Below are positions 12,716-24,600 of a DNA stretch of 64,000 nucleotides, in pieces (the stretch's first letter is position 1; each line of letters opens with the position of its first letter). Source of the stretch: Pocillopora verrucosa. Its lineage: Eukaryota. The translations under genes and the position numbers were made by a program. The notes below the pieces were generated by a model. The model saw only the letters and a list, made by a program, of their open reading frames with translations, ran no database searches and was not told the origin of the DNA. The stretch lies in NCBI RefSeq assembly GCF_036669915.1, contig NC_089320.1:15915874-15979873 (forward strand). The letters run 5' to 3'.

Positions 12716-13371
12716 TAGTCACTCGCGTTTTCTGATCAGTCGTTATCGACTAATACAATTTTGCTCTGACGACAACACACCACAAAATGCGTTGTAAATT
12801 TGAATGCCAAATAACATTTGCTGTTGAAAAGTCCAAGTGTAGCGCCCTAGAAAAACGAACACAATGATTGTTAAGTGCAAACAAGTTATTACGTAACTGT
12901 CTTTGTTCGTGGTTTTCGTTTTTGCTTAGCTTAGTTTTGCGTCCTCGTATCTCTTGTTACCCCTGTTGACTAGTCATATATTGTGAGCAAGACCTTCTCC
13001 GGATCCCATGAAGTATTAGTAACAGAGTGTTAGAGTGCCTTCCGAAGGATCTCGATATTACTTTAATTTTTTGGTGTTTCTTCCGACCATAAGACTGAAG
13101 ACTGAACAATACTCTAGCAGTGAACCTTATTGGTTCCAAAATGTTCACGTGATTCTTGACGTTTTAGTTTACTGCCCAAATAGAAAACATTTTCCATACT
13201 CAAGAAAAACATTCTCCCGTTAATAAATTCTAGTACAGCCTGACTTCATTAAACGAACTGAAACGAAACCGAAAATAATGCAAACATCTTACATCTAAGC
13301 GAAAACAATTCTTTTTTTGTTCATTATTAAACTAAAAGTTACAGCTATAGTCTGGCCCACAGATAGCTTTA

Positions 13372-14274
13372 TCATTTCTTTATCTTTAGAGTGTTCAACA
13401 ACTCCGCCCGGAGGTGCCACAGACTGAATTTCATCCCGTTGATTTTTACCAAGCCCATGGTCATTTCCAGTTCTTCACAAATAGCATTTCGGCGAATAAT
13501 TCCCTTTTGATTCTGGACAAACAGCATCAGTCTGCTACCCAGAGAAGACTTTTTTTCCTCGGGAACATCTCTCTCGAGGTCCTTAGCACTAGACGAAGCT
13601 GGACTAGCTGGTGCAGAGATCACGGGTTGCGCAGAAGTATGCGGAGTCATTGCTTGATTGCAAATATCTTTCAGCCAGAGATCAACTTCTGTGTCTTCTA
13701 CCATCACATCCCTCGATTGTGGCGTTGATTCCGTGTCACCACCAGATAACATAAGCATCACCTCACTAGGAAGACAACCTGTAGGGAGACAGACCTGCAC
13801 ATGACCTGGGTACGTTATGCTGGGAGGACTAAGGCGCGAGGTAAAACATGGCACATTTTCACAATTGTCCGGGTGGTAATCTTTATCTTCAAAGATCTGA
13901 ACGGATGACGATGACTTCTTCTTTCCTTTCCATATGCGCCTTCTAAACAATCGTTTAGATGACAGAAACTTTTTGCAAGGGGGAGAGGCAGCTCCTTCTA
14001 TATCAAAAGGCTCTACTATCAGTTCAGGCTCGTCGCGCGGAAAATCCACTTGTTTGCTGCTTTTTCCGTTGGTACAGGGCCATTCACTTCCCTTTGGTGA
14101 TGAAAAATCATTTGGCATTGGGTGATCTGCTAAAGGGCTTTCCTCATATTCTGCCCATGCAAAAATAGGCTCGATTTTTCGTCCGCTGTTGTTTGCCATG
14201 ACTCGTCTGAATCGGGGCTTAGCAAGACTTGCAATGAGTAGTTTAAAAACAATCGTTTTGTTCAAAACAAACAA
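13372..14274 (-). CDS. Hypothetical single-exon ORF encoding a Ser/Pro/Lys-rich 300-aa protein
   Basis: Uninterrupted 903-nt ORF on the minus strand in unique sequence. No recognisable domain. Low-complexity stretch SAPASPASSSAK. Confidence 0.35.
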   Translation of the reverse strand: MFVLNKTIVFKLLIASLAKPRFRRVMANNSGRKIEPIFAWAEYEESPLADHPMPNDFSSPKGSEWPCTNGKSSKQVDFPRDEPELIVEPFDIEGAASPPCKKFLSSKRLFRRRIWKGKKKSSSSVQIFEDKDYHPDNCENVPCFTSRLSPPSITYPGHVQVCLPTGCLPSEVMLMLSGGDTESTPQSRDVMVEDTEVDLWLKDICNQAMTPHTSAQPVISAPASPASSSAKDLERDVPEEKKSSLGSRLMLFVQNQKGIIRRNAICEELEMTMGLVKINGMKFSLWHLRAELLNTLKIKK

Positions 14275-15452
14275 AACAATTAGAGCTTATGATTAGGAAT
14301 CAAACGAAATGGTCATGGTCATTGTGACTGTATGAGGACGTTCTTGGTTTTGATTGCTCGAAAAACATTGTTTTGCCCTTCGATAAAGGTAAGCCAATTG
14401 CAAATCGGCTTTTATTTTGGATAATATTGATTTGAACCGGTAATTGGGGTAAATGAGTGTATTGTGGCCGCTAATTTAATGAATTACCGGGAAACCTTAA
14501 ATGATTGAGGCCTAATGATGTTGCGCTATTACAAAATCTGGAAAAACAACATTGATTTTATTTGTACAATTGCGGAATTAACCTTCTCTGACCGTTAGGA
14601 ATGACCACTAAGTAACTTCTCCTTCAAAAAAGCAGATTTGTGTGATGGCGAGTAGTCGAAAGAACTTTTCCATCTGAACTTTGGCGGAATTTGTTTGAAA
14701 TCAGACGGAAGCGTCTGAAATGGGACAGAAATCGATTGGATGGAAATCTCACGGAAACCACAAAATCGGAGGAAATGGTCAGAAACGTCCAAGATCAAAT
14801 AGAAGCGACTCGTATTGAAATAAAGCGTATAAAATCTGCAATTACCGTCCAAATTGGACGGAAACGACGAAAATGAGCTATTTTGCCTCTACTGCTCATC
14901 CGGGCACACAAAGTGTTGCTGCCAGGGCGCGCTAGCTAGCCAAGCCACCGAACCGTTTATTTAACACCAGTATGTTTACAAAAGTTTATTACGATGGAAG
15001 GAAACTAATTGCGCCAAAGCCGGACTCGAAAACCTCTGAAAACCAGCAGGTGGAAGAAATGGGGAACGTGTACCCCGGTAGCCGGTCAAGTCGCCCGTAG
15101 AAACAAAGGTTTCGAAGATCAGACTTGCAGACTGCAAACAGGCAATAAAGTCTTCACAGATATTTATAAACTTTTCAATTTTCTTTCGCCTATTTTGCGA
15201 GGCAGTAGTTACATGTTATGTTTTTCTTTGAAATTATTTAGCGGGGGTCGGCCAGAATTGCTCCCTTCGCGCATGCTGGACGTTTGACCGCTGTGTTGTG
15301 ATGATAAAGTCGGCCATTATTGTTGTTGTTCGCCTGACATTTTCTCTGGTGTAAGTTCATTCCCAGGCCATCTCTTTATTTAGCGCTGACAGCGCAGCTA
15401 CCTGCAGAAAGTGCAAAATGAAAACACAAAGTGTATGCCTTCTGTCCTAGAC

Positions 15453-15605
15453 ATGGGTACATTGAAAGTCTCCGGCGTCTTTGAAAATTGCCAGTTCGTG
15501 GTTGATTTTGCTGCTTCCTTGTCGCTAACGTACAAAGGGAAGGAAGAAATTCGACGAAAGATCGTAGAAAATGGCGGTACATTGTCATATGTACTAACAA
15601 AACAG
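15453..15605 (+). CDS. PARP4: PARP4-like exon 1 (start codon, BRCT)
   Basis: ATG at 15453. MGTLKVSGVFENCQF..IVENGGTLSYVLTKQ. Donor GT at 15606. Phase 0. Confidence 0.6.
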
Positions 15606-18600
15606 GTATAAATAATCTTTAGTTTCAGTCGTAGCTTTGCTTATTAACGTAGCTTGGCTCTTCGTCAACTTAGACGACGAGGCTTTTCAACCAGTATAGC
15701 AAAATCCCCTTGGCCACAACGACACTTGAGCCTACAATGTGGGTTGTAAATAGCTGGAGGATTTCATAAGTTCAAACGATTTTTAATCTTTCAATAACCA
15801 AATTTTGGTGATTTTAATTCGGTGTTATGGATGGTCCGACATTCTAAATTGGTCCGTAAGGGGGCATTCGAACTCTGTCACAGAATGATAGGGCAGCTAG
15901 CTATGGGCAAATCGAAGTTAGTTCAACTGAATAATGTATGGGTTGTTGAAAAGAAACTTTCTCTAGCTGATCATAGAAAATGAAATAGTGACTTTTTTTT
16001 ATTTTTGGCTTGAAATTCTCACAGCCTGAAAGGTTTCTGTTTCCTTTTTTTAGGGTTATGACAGTCGAATTTGTCAATAATCATGCTAATGTTGCAATTG
16101 GGGACCCTAGCAGGCTAGGGAGAGGGAGGGGAAAGGGTTTGGTTCAGCATTGCTGTCATTCTGGCCTATGGAGAGTGTATTGATGTAAAGGTGCGATACC
16201 TTTACCAACCTGTCTGAAAAAAAAAAAAAAAACTAAAAACATGTATACTGATACCTACTACAGGGTTTCAAATGTTTTGAAATAGGCATTAGACTTGGCA
16301 AAAGTAGGTGATGGCAAAAAGTACAATAAGAGCATTACAAGGGTAAATATTTTGCTATTAATAACTTAACAGATTTTATGGCACAATAAATTTAAGGGTT
16401 AGTTTGAATAAAGCTCTCAATCTCTACTTATGTACCTTCACTTATTCCTGTCTTCTATGATGGAATATAAGACTGTTTTGTTTGAGAATCTAGCAGTCTA
16501 TAAGAATACACCTCCTATTTGGAAATGCTTGTGTGGCAACAGTTATGTTTTGTTGAAACTTGTATATTTCTGTATTACAAGCTCCATTATCAAAATATCT
16601 ATTTTATTTTTTGTAGACAAACTTTCTGGTGACTGGTGATTCTGAACGAGCTTTGTCATCGTATAAGGGAAGAACTGCAGTGAAGCTTGGAATTCCAGTG
16701 GTTCCATTTGATTTCATTACTGACTGCATCAAGTCTGGAAAACTTGTTGATCCACAGCCTTTTCCTTTGTCAGAAACCCTTGAATCACAGAACTTTAGTT
16801 CAGGCAAGATTGTTGGTAAGCTGTGACAAACTTTTTTGGCATTCATGGTTGTCAATTTTGTGTGAACATTGACTTTGTCAGATCTAACAGTTCAACAGCC
16901 CAATGGCCTCTGTTATTGGTTCATTTAAGATTCCAGATAGGATCTAATACTACAATATCAAATAGTAGGGGTTGGACTTAATTCCATAATGCATTGATTT
17001 TGATCCTGGCAAGATTATTTTGTCAGTTTTGGGCAAAGTACTTCACTTTCATATCACCCAGGAGTAAATTGGTAATCACAAATTGTTAATTAAATTGAGA
17101 CTACTAAACCTGGCATTCAGGGGAAGTTGAAATGCTTCTGGTTATTTATATTGCAGCAGAAACTGGGTTATGGAGGCACATTATGATTGTCAGCTTGGCT
17201 TACTTTTAGATTTTTTTAATCACATCTTAAACTCCAAACTATTAAATCTTGAAAAGTTAGTAGTAAGGTATCAGATACCAAGCAAGTTATTTGAATTCAT
17301 GAAAGGCATACAGATAAAAGCATGCAGTTTTTCCCCTTTAAAATTGACTTCCTTTGATGTGGTTTTGACAAAACAGCTGGAAGAACATAATCATTTGAGT
17401 CAAATTGATCATTGTATTTAAAACATGAAGTCCTCTAATTATTTTCTCTAATTAGCAACCCTATCCATTGCATGTAAATGTCTCCTATTTTTTTCCATCC
17501 TTGAAACAGAAACATCAGAGGTTAAAAAGGAGTTTTACAGTTTCTATCTGTGCTAAATTTGTGCTTATTGTATGCATGCTACATTTATTATTATGATAGC
17601 TAAGAACCAAAGGGAAGATAATGTGACCAAACCTACAAAGAAACAGAAGCTTCCAGATCTCAATAGAATAAAGTAGGTGTAATAAAATACATCAGATATG
17701 TTATTGGTAATGTTGACCATGGACGTGTGGTATATAGTCTTACATTTTGAGTCATACTTTTGGCTCAATACTAACTGATATCTCTTTTTGGAGGTTTCAC
17801 TTTAAGAAAGGGCAATAGTATTAGTGTCCATTGATACTGACTATCAAACTTTTTTACGGCCATCCCTTACAAGTACGTACCACAGTCTTGGGGTTGGTTG
17901 AATCAGTTTCACTCTAGGGTGTGTCCAGTTCTGGTGGCTTAATCCCAGGCTATTAGCAGTAGAGCATATACATTAACCAAGAGCAGGGAGTCGACAGACT
18001 TTGCTGGCCTCTTGGTGATGTTACTGAATTGCTTCATGCTATGGAAACCAGCAAAAACCTTCAATTTGATGTGCCCATAGGCTGGGAAGGTGCTGGTTAG
18101 CTAGCCAACTAAGAAAAATATGATCCTGTAATGCTTTCATTTCAGTCTCAACCTTTCCTTTTAATAGGGTGTGGCCTTACAAAGCAGTTGATGGTCCAGA
18201 ATTTGATGAGCCAAACTGTGAAATTGTTAAAGATGCCCTACTAGCGGTAATGCTTTGTTCAACTTTAAAAGATAAATTATAGATAAGCTATTATGGCTAC
18301 TCAACTTCCAAGATCTAATTACAGCACAGATAAAAAATTATGTGACAGTTAATTGTCTCAAAACACACACCAATCAGGTGGTATTCTCCCGTAAATGGGC
18401 CATTTTAAGTCAGTTTTTCTTATTCAAGATGTTCAGTCAGTGGTTATTTTTGTAACTTGTTTCTTTTCTTTCTATAATATACAAAAATTGCAACTTGGCA
18501 AGAGGTTGACCATACAAATTTGGCAAATGAAAGTGTTGCAAATAAACATGTACCATGTCCTACTGGTTGTTAATGTAGTGGACATGAAATGTCTTCCCAC

Positions 18601-21600
18601 TTATATGAAGGTTATTTTTTTTTTTGGCGGGGGGGGGGGGGGGGGGAACCAGAATTTTTTTCCTGAAAACCATTTTACTATTGAAGGTTGCCAAAAGGTG
18701 GCTTTTTGTAAAGAAAATGACCTTGGAGCCCTACTTTAGCTCTGGAACTCTGGTTGTTACAATTTCAGACATGCGAGAACTTTAAAGATTTGCATGACTT
18801 GGAGAATCCCCACATAGGCTTACAAGATTTGAAGTTTGGGTAAAAATTATGTTAAACCTGAATTTTTTAAAGTAACAATGAAGACCTTTAGTTATTAGGT
18901 AATCATTGATAATAAGCGTAATTGATGCTCTAGATATAGCATTGCTTCTTTCAGAAAACAAATCCTGGTGAGGGTCCTCTTCTTCTTTACTCTCTGGAGT
19001 TGCACTTCATTCCTTCACATGTACCTTGCACCAGCTCAAGATACCGCTTATTTACGCACCAAGGTACCTTGATGGCATTCATCATGGTAAGATCAAATTT
19101 TGGAGTGTTGTTAGACAGTTAAAATCAGTTTGAGTTTTATCTCCTTTTGTGCCAGATTATGATAATGTAGCAATTGAACCACAAATTATATGTAGATACA
19201 AATGTTTCAAATTTGGTCGTTGACAAAATTAGTGCCATCAGCCTTGCTGTTGTAATTTCTTCAGCAAGATGTGGAAAAACAATACTGTGTATCTCTTGCA
19301 TTGTTACTCAGCCCACTCACAGAAATGAAATTAACAACAGCAAACTCTGCTCGAGTATTTAGCCTTGGGTTGTAACTCCAAAGAAAAGCAATGTGATCAG
19401 CAGTTTTGAATATTGACCTCTTAGTAACTAAGTGCAAGGGCAGTACTGAGGAATATTGGCCTAAGGTCATGGCAGTATGGACTGCAGGCCAATATTACCC
19501 AGTGCAGCTCAAGCAAGTAAGGTTAGTAAGTAATTTCATACATCATCATGGCACTTGGATTAAACTTGTCTGGTTTGAATTTACCACCTCTTTGTAAACA
19601 CTTCTGATAATCATTTCTGTGGAAACCATCTGTATGGCAAAATCCCAGCTAAGTAAGAACTAATCAGAATAGTTGGATTAACCTCAAGGCAACCTGGCTG
19701 TAGACATATATGTAATAAGTAATATTGCAGAATTTGGCTTTTTTCTTTTGAAGCAACAAAAATTTTATCCCTCATTAAAAGGTGAATATGAAAAATGTAC
19801 CTGGAGCCCCATTACATAAGATGCACAAGACTTAACAATATGCATTTACTGTATGGATACATCACACCTTAGCAAAACATAATTATTTTTGCTTTAAGTG
19901 TGATTTCTTTTAGGTTACCGGTAACCTTTACATTTGATTCTTGCAGGGATATAATGAAGGAACAAAGGAGTGCAGATATTTCAGCTCTTCTGAGGAGGCA
20001 TTTGGAGCATTCATTGCTATAACAGATCAGCAATTTGCAGACGGTTACAAGAAATTATCAAAGTATCCATCACCTAATATTGGCTCTGACAGACTGAAAC
20101 AGGTGGGTATTAACTTATGTATTTAACAAAAAATGGTAATTTTTGTCTGAGTAAAATAGAAGAAAATGAGAAATTCCTTGATCTAGAGTGAGAGTAGTCC
20201 TGGAAAGGACTATTGTAAGGGAGGGTGACAGAGGCTTTGACAATCTGTTTGGAAATTATCCTCACAGAAAAAAGATATTTGATAGTGTGGTCTGATTGTC
20301 CTAGTGTGAATAGTCCTGAGTCCCAATCGCTTTGACAAAAGGCTAACACTCAAAACGTCAGCCTTTTAACTCTTTATGGTGGCCAATTCGCGTTATCAAC
20401 TTAATTGATAACACTAAATTACACTGTTATACCCTCCCACTGACACAGTACCACTGTTTCTCTAGAAACTTACCCCCTTTATTCATTAGTCCTGAGAGGG
20501 ATTGTTTTTGGTAGAAGTGATTGACACTTTGGCAACCTTTGTGGAAGTCGTCATCAAAGTTGACTCTGACAAGGACTCCAAGAGTTACTTACATCAAGAT
20601 TTTTGAAATTTCAGTGATTTTCTTTCCAACAATAGTCCTTCTTGGGACTACTCTTACCCACTGATAGGACAACAAGATTGAATATTGCTCTGTAAGACAA
20701 ATTTATGGCATAAAAGAGGATGCTCAAATCGTAGTATTTTGTAGAACAAGATACAACATATCTCAAACTTATTTCCCCAGGAAAAATATCTTTTTGTTGT
20801 CTATTGATATATGTCTCTTGTCTATTTTCAGTTGGTGAATGAGGAATCATCTTCTCAAGAAGATTCTTCAATCTCCCCTGAAGTTGCAAACCTTATCAAT
20901 TACATTTGGAATGAGGCAGTAGGCAGTCTGGCAGATATTCTGGCCACTCCTCTCAGTTCCATCAAACTTGAGGATGTAGAGAAAGCTGAAGCAATCTTAC
21001 TTTTATTGAGAAAATCAATAGATGATGGTGAAGGGGTCAGCACTATTCACCAGCTATCTGATGAGTTTTTCTCAGCTATTCCTCACAAGAACAGAGGAGA
21101 AAACATAAGTTCAAAGCGTCTCATTGCTCAAAAACAAGACTTTTGTCAAGTAAGGAACATCTCAGATATTAGAAAAGGTTGATTCATGAGTGTTTTTTAT
21201 CATGTGGGTGGGAATAGTTGTTTAACCCTTAAATTCCTGAGATCTGATTGTTAATTCTCCCCTCTATTTGCTACACATGTTCTTGTAAATTAGTTAGGAG
21301 AATTTGTGATTACAACATCTACCTGAAAAGTTTTAAGTATTTTTATTACCTGTTTGCTGGATATTACATGGAATTAAAGGGAGATGTTATATGTTAGTAA
21401 CTTCTGGGAGTTGAAGAGTTAAATTGCTGGTGTCAGTTATACTGTTGATCATGAACATCCTTTCAAATGGCTTACTGGTAAATTTCATTGTATTTGAAAG
21501 GAAGTTGTTTGATTCACCAGTTCTGAAATACTGGTGACAATTTTAAGATTACAGTTTGGGTAGGTACGGTAAAGCTTATAAGGGTTACCCATTTCTTCTG

Positions 21601-24600
21601 ATTGTATCTTAAATTATCATTATTTGTTGACAGCTTATTAAAGACATGGTGAGCATTGGCGAGTCTACAAACTGGAAAACCAGACAAGATGTACATTCCA
21701 AGTACAGGGCACTCAAGTCCTATATTGAATGCCTTAACCATGAAAGTGATGGCTTCAAAAAAATCCAAAAGCTTGTTAAATCAAGCGAAACAAGGTAAGA
21801 AAATCAAACAACTGAAGTTGAGAACTCCACTGTAAAACAACTACTAATTTTTTTTAGCAACACTTCTGGAGATTTGATAGCATTCTACAAGTGTGTGAAT
21901 CACATTCAAAGAATTGGCTGTAACCACACAAAAGGGTGGGAGACGAGGTAGCCTCACAGTTAGTGCTCTGGACTCAGGGTCAAGCGGCTGGTCTCAAGAC
22001 CTGGTGTTAAGGTTTTTATTGGCTGTATCCTCCCAGAATTAGATTTTATTTGATTCCAAGGCTCTACCTCGTCAAAAAAAACTATCCTTACTCATGAACA
22101 ACAACCTCTCTCAAAGGCTTAAACTCAATTCTGGTATGTGAAAGCTATGCGTGGGTCAATAAACATGCCCTTTGATAGGATAAACAGTATTCGGTTTCAT
22201 GCCAGGTTCTAATTAAAAATTATACAACTGTTGGCAAGGTTCAATTCTGAGATTCTTAAGGTTCAGTTCTTAATGTTCGTGTTCTGTTTCTTCACACCTG
22301 GCCAGGTCACTGTGTTGTGTTCTTTGGCCAAATACTTCACTCTCACAGTGCTTCTCTCCACCCAGGTACCGGCCAGCGGTCAGGGAAGCCTGATGAAAAG
22401 CTGGGTGGTTACCTGGCGATGGACAAGCATGCCATCCAGGGATTTGTGCTTTGGAAACCGGGATAAGCTCCGGATTGGGAGTGGGGAAGGATGGGGGGGG
22501 GAGGGGTAGGATTTAGTCTACCTATCGTGTTAAAGGTGTTCGTGATAGATGTATTTTTAGACATTGAACAGACGTAAGTCAGAGATATAAGAGTTGAATA
22601 TAACTTGTAAATGTTGCTCTCTTTGTCAGTCCTCCAGAGATTGATGTACTCAATGTATACTCTATCCACCGTCCTGTGGAGGAAACTGCCTTTTCTCCCC
22701 ACATTGGAAATAATGCTCTTCTTTTCCATGCATCGAAGGTGAGCGCCATTTGCAAAAGTAACGCTTAACTGTCACGTTCTTGTTAGTAATTCTGCACTCT
22801 TTCCTTTTCTCTAGTTTTCTTCTATAGTTTTGTGTATGTTAATATTCTGTTTTAATTTTAACCGCGCGTGCACTTGATATCTTAAATCGTTAAAAGGAGA
22901 CGGTAACAGGACAAGATATTAAATTGATTTACCCGGAGGTTTCCTGTAAGGAAGATACGTGCGCTAATGGACAGTGGAGCTGAAGACAGTTGGCTGCATA
23001 TATGTAAAGGGTATATGTAATGATGTGACTTTAATTTTATTGCAGGTGGCAAACTTTGTAGGCATACTTTCAAGGTACGTCTTTATGAGTATTATTAAGA
23101 TTGTGGATTGTTGTTGTTATAACATTGTTCGAAATTATATCGAGCTTTCTTTTCTCCTATTTCTCAAACCTTCAAGAGTCATGTACAGTATCATATTTTA
23201 GAGGAGGAGGGGAACATGTAAGATGTACTTTAAATTTCTTGTAGAGGGCTTCTTATGCCTAAAATTGTCGTGGATGACTTTGGAGGACAACGTTCAGACC
23301 CAGGAATGTTAGGAAGTGGGATTTACTTTTCCAATTCTGCCAGGTAGGAGCTACTTGTGTGCTGAATGATCCAGCCTCGATAATCTACAGTCAGTGCCTC
23401 TCAATCGATTCAAACAATGTGGTAATCAATAAAAGATCTCCTCACGGGTTTAACTCTAGAAAGCCACACCTTTACGGGGCGTTGCGATATCTTCCACCGG
23501 TTTTTATTGACTCGCGCCACGTATCACGCTTTGGAGCGGTACTGTTCTTAGTCTGCAGCCAGGATGAAGTTGTCACTTCTCTAAATAAGATACTTCGTCT
23601 TTTTTTTTCTTTTCTTTTTTTTTTTTTCCGGGAGGAAGAGGAGCGTTTGCTGCACACATGCTGGATAACCTGAGTTCCATCTCTTACTGTATCTAAGTGG
23701 GCGAAGTTAGGAAAGTCTTATATCAAAATTAAGCTCAAACCTCATCATTTTCTTACTTTTTCTCATACAGCACCAGTGCCAAGTACTCGGCACCTGGAAG
23801 CAAGGGATCAAGGCTTATGCTTGTGAATGAGGTCGCCTTGGGTAAAGTCAAGGTAACAATCTTGAAACTCATAGTAACACGAGAGGCTTCTAAAAAACCT
23901 TTTAAGATGATGATGAACAACACAATATACCATAGCCTGTATGAAACGTCCTGTATTTCCTCTTTTTCCTACGGAAAACGCTCTGATGAAGTAACAGAAA
24001 TGGGTGAGTTCACATTTCACATTTCACATGTAGGTCGCCCAAAATATGTGGTTTAAGTTCGAGTTACCCCCAAATTGCAGTCAGAGCTTGTTGCGGTTTT
24101 TGTTGCTTGAAACTTGAAACGACCAAGAGTATTGCTACTGCATCTTGATGGGACGTAGGGTTATCTCAGGTTGCCCCCCCCCCTTCCTCTCTAGCCCTTC
24201 CTCCCCCCTCGCCCATTTATACTCATGGGTGGAGAGAGGCTCTGTGACAGTAAAGTGTTTCTCCAAAGTAAACAGCACTATAGTTCTGACCAGAATTCGA
24301 ACTCTTACAATGTGATTGTGAGTCTGGTACCTGAACGTTAATCGTCGAGCCTCTATGTTCGATCCCAAGGGAAGGGGGGGTGGGAAGCCAATTAAGATGT
24401 TTCTATTGGTCAATAAGGTGTGACGTTCAAAGCACAAGCAACAACCGATGTAATTGGTGTTTTGTGGTTCCTCAGGAGTTCAAGACATTTGCCATGGATT
24501 TGACCTCGCCTCCACCAGGTTATAGCAGCTGCCATGGAGTGAGAAACACGGATAATGAGCCTTCTGACTTTAAGGTCGGTTGTGTAGGCATTTAAAGTAA

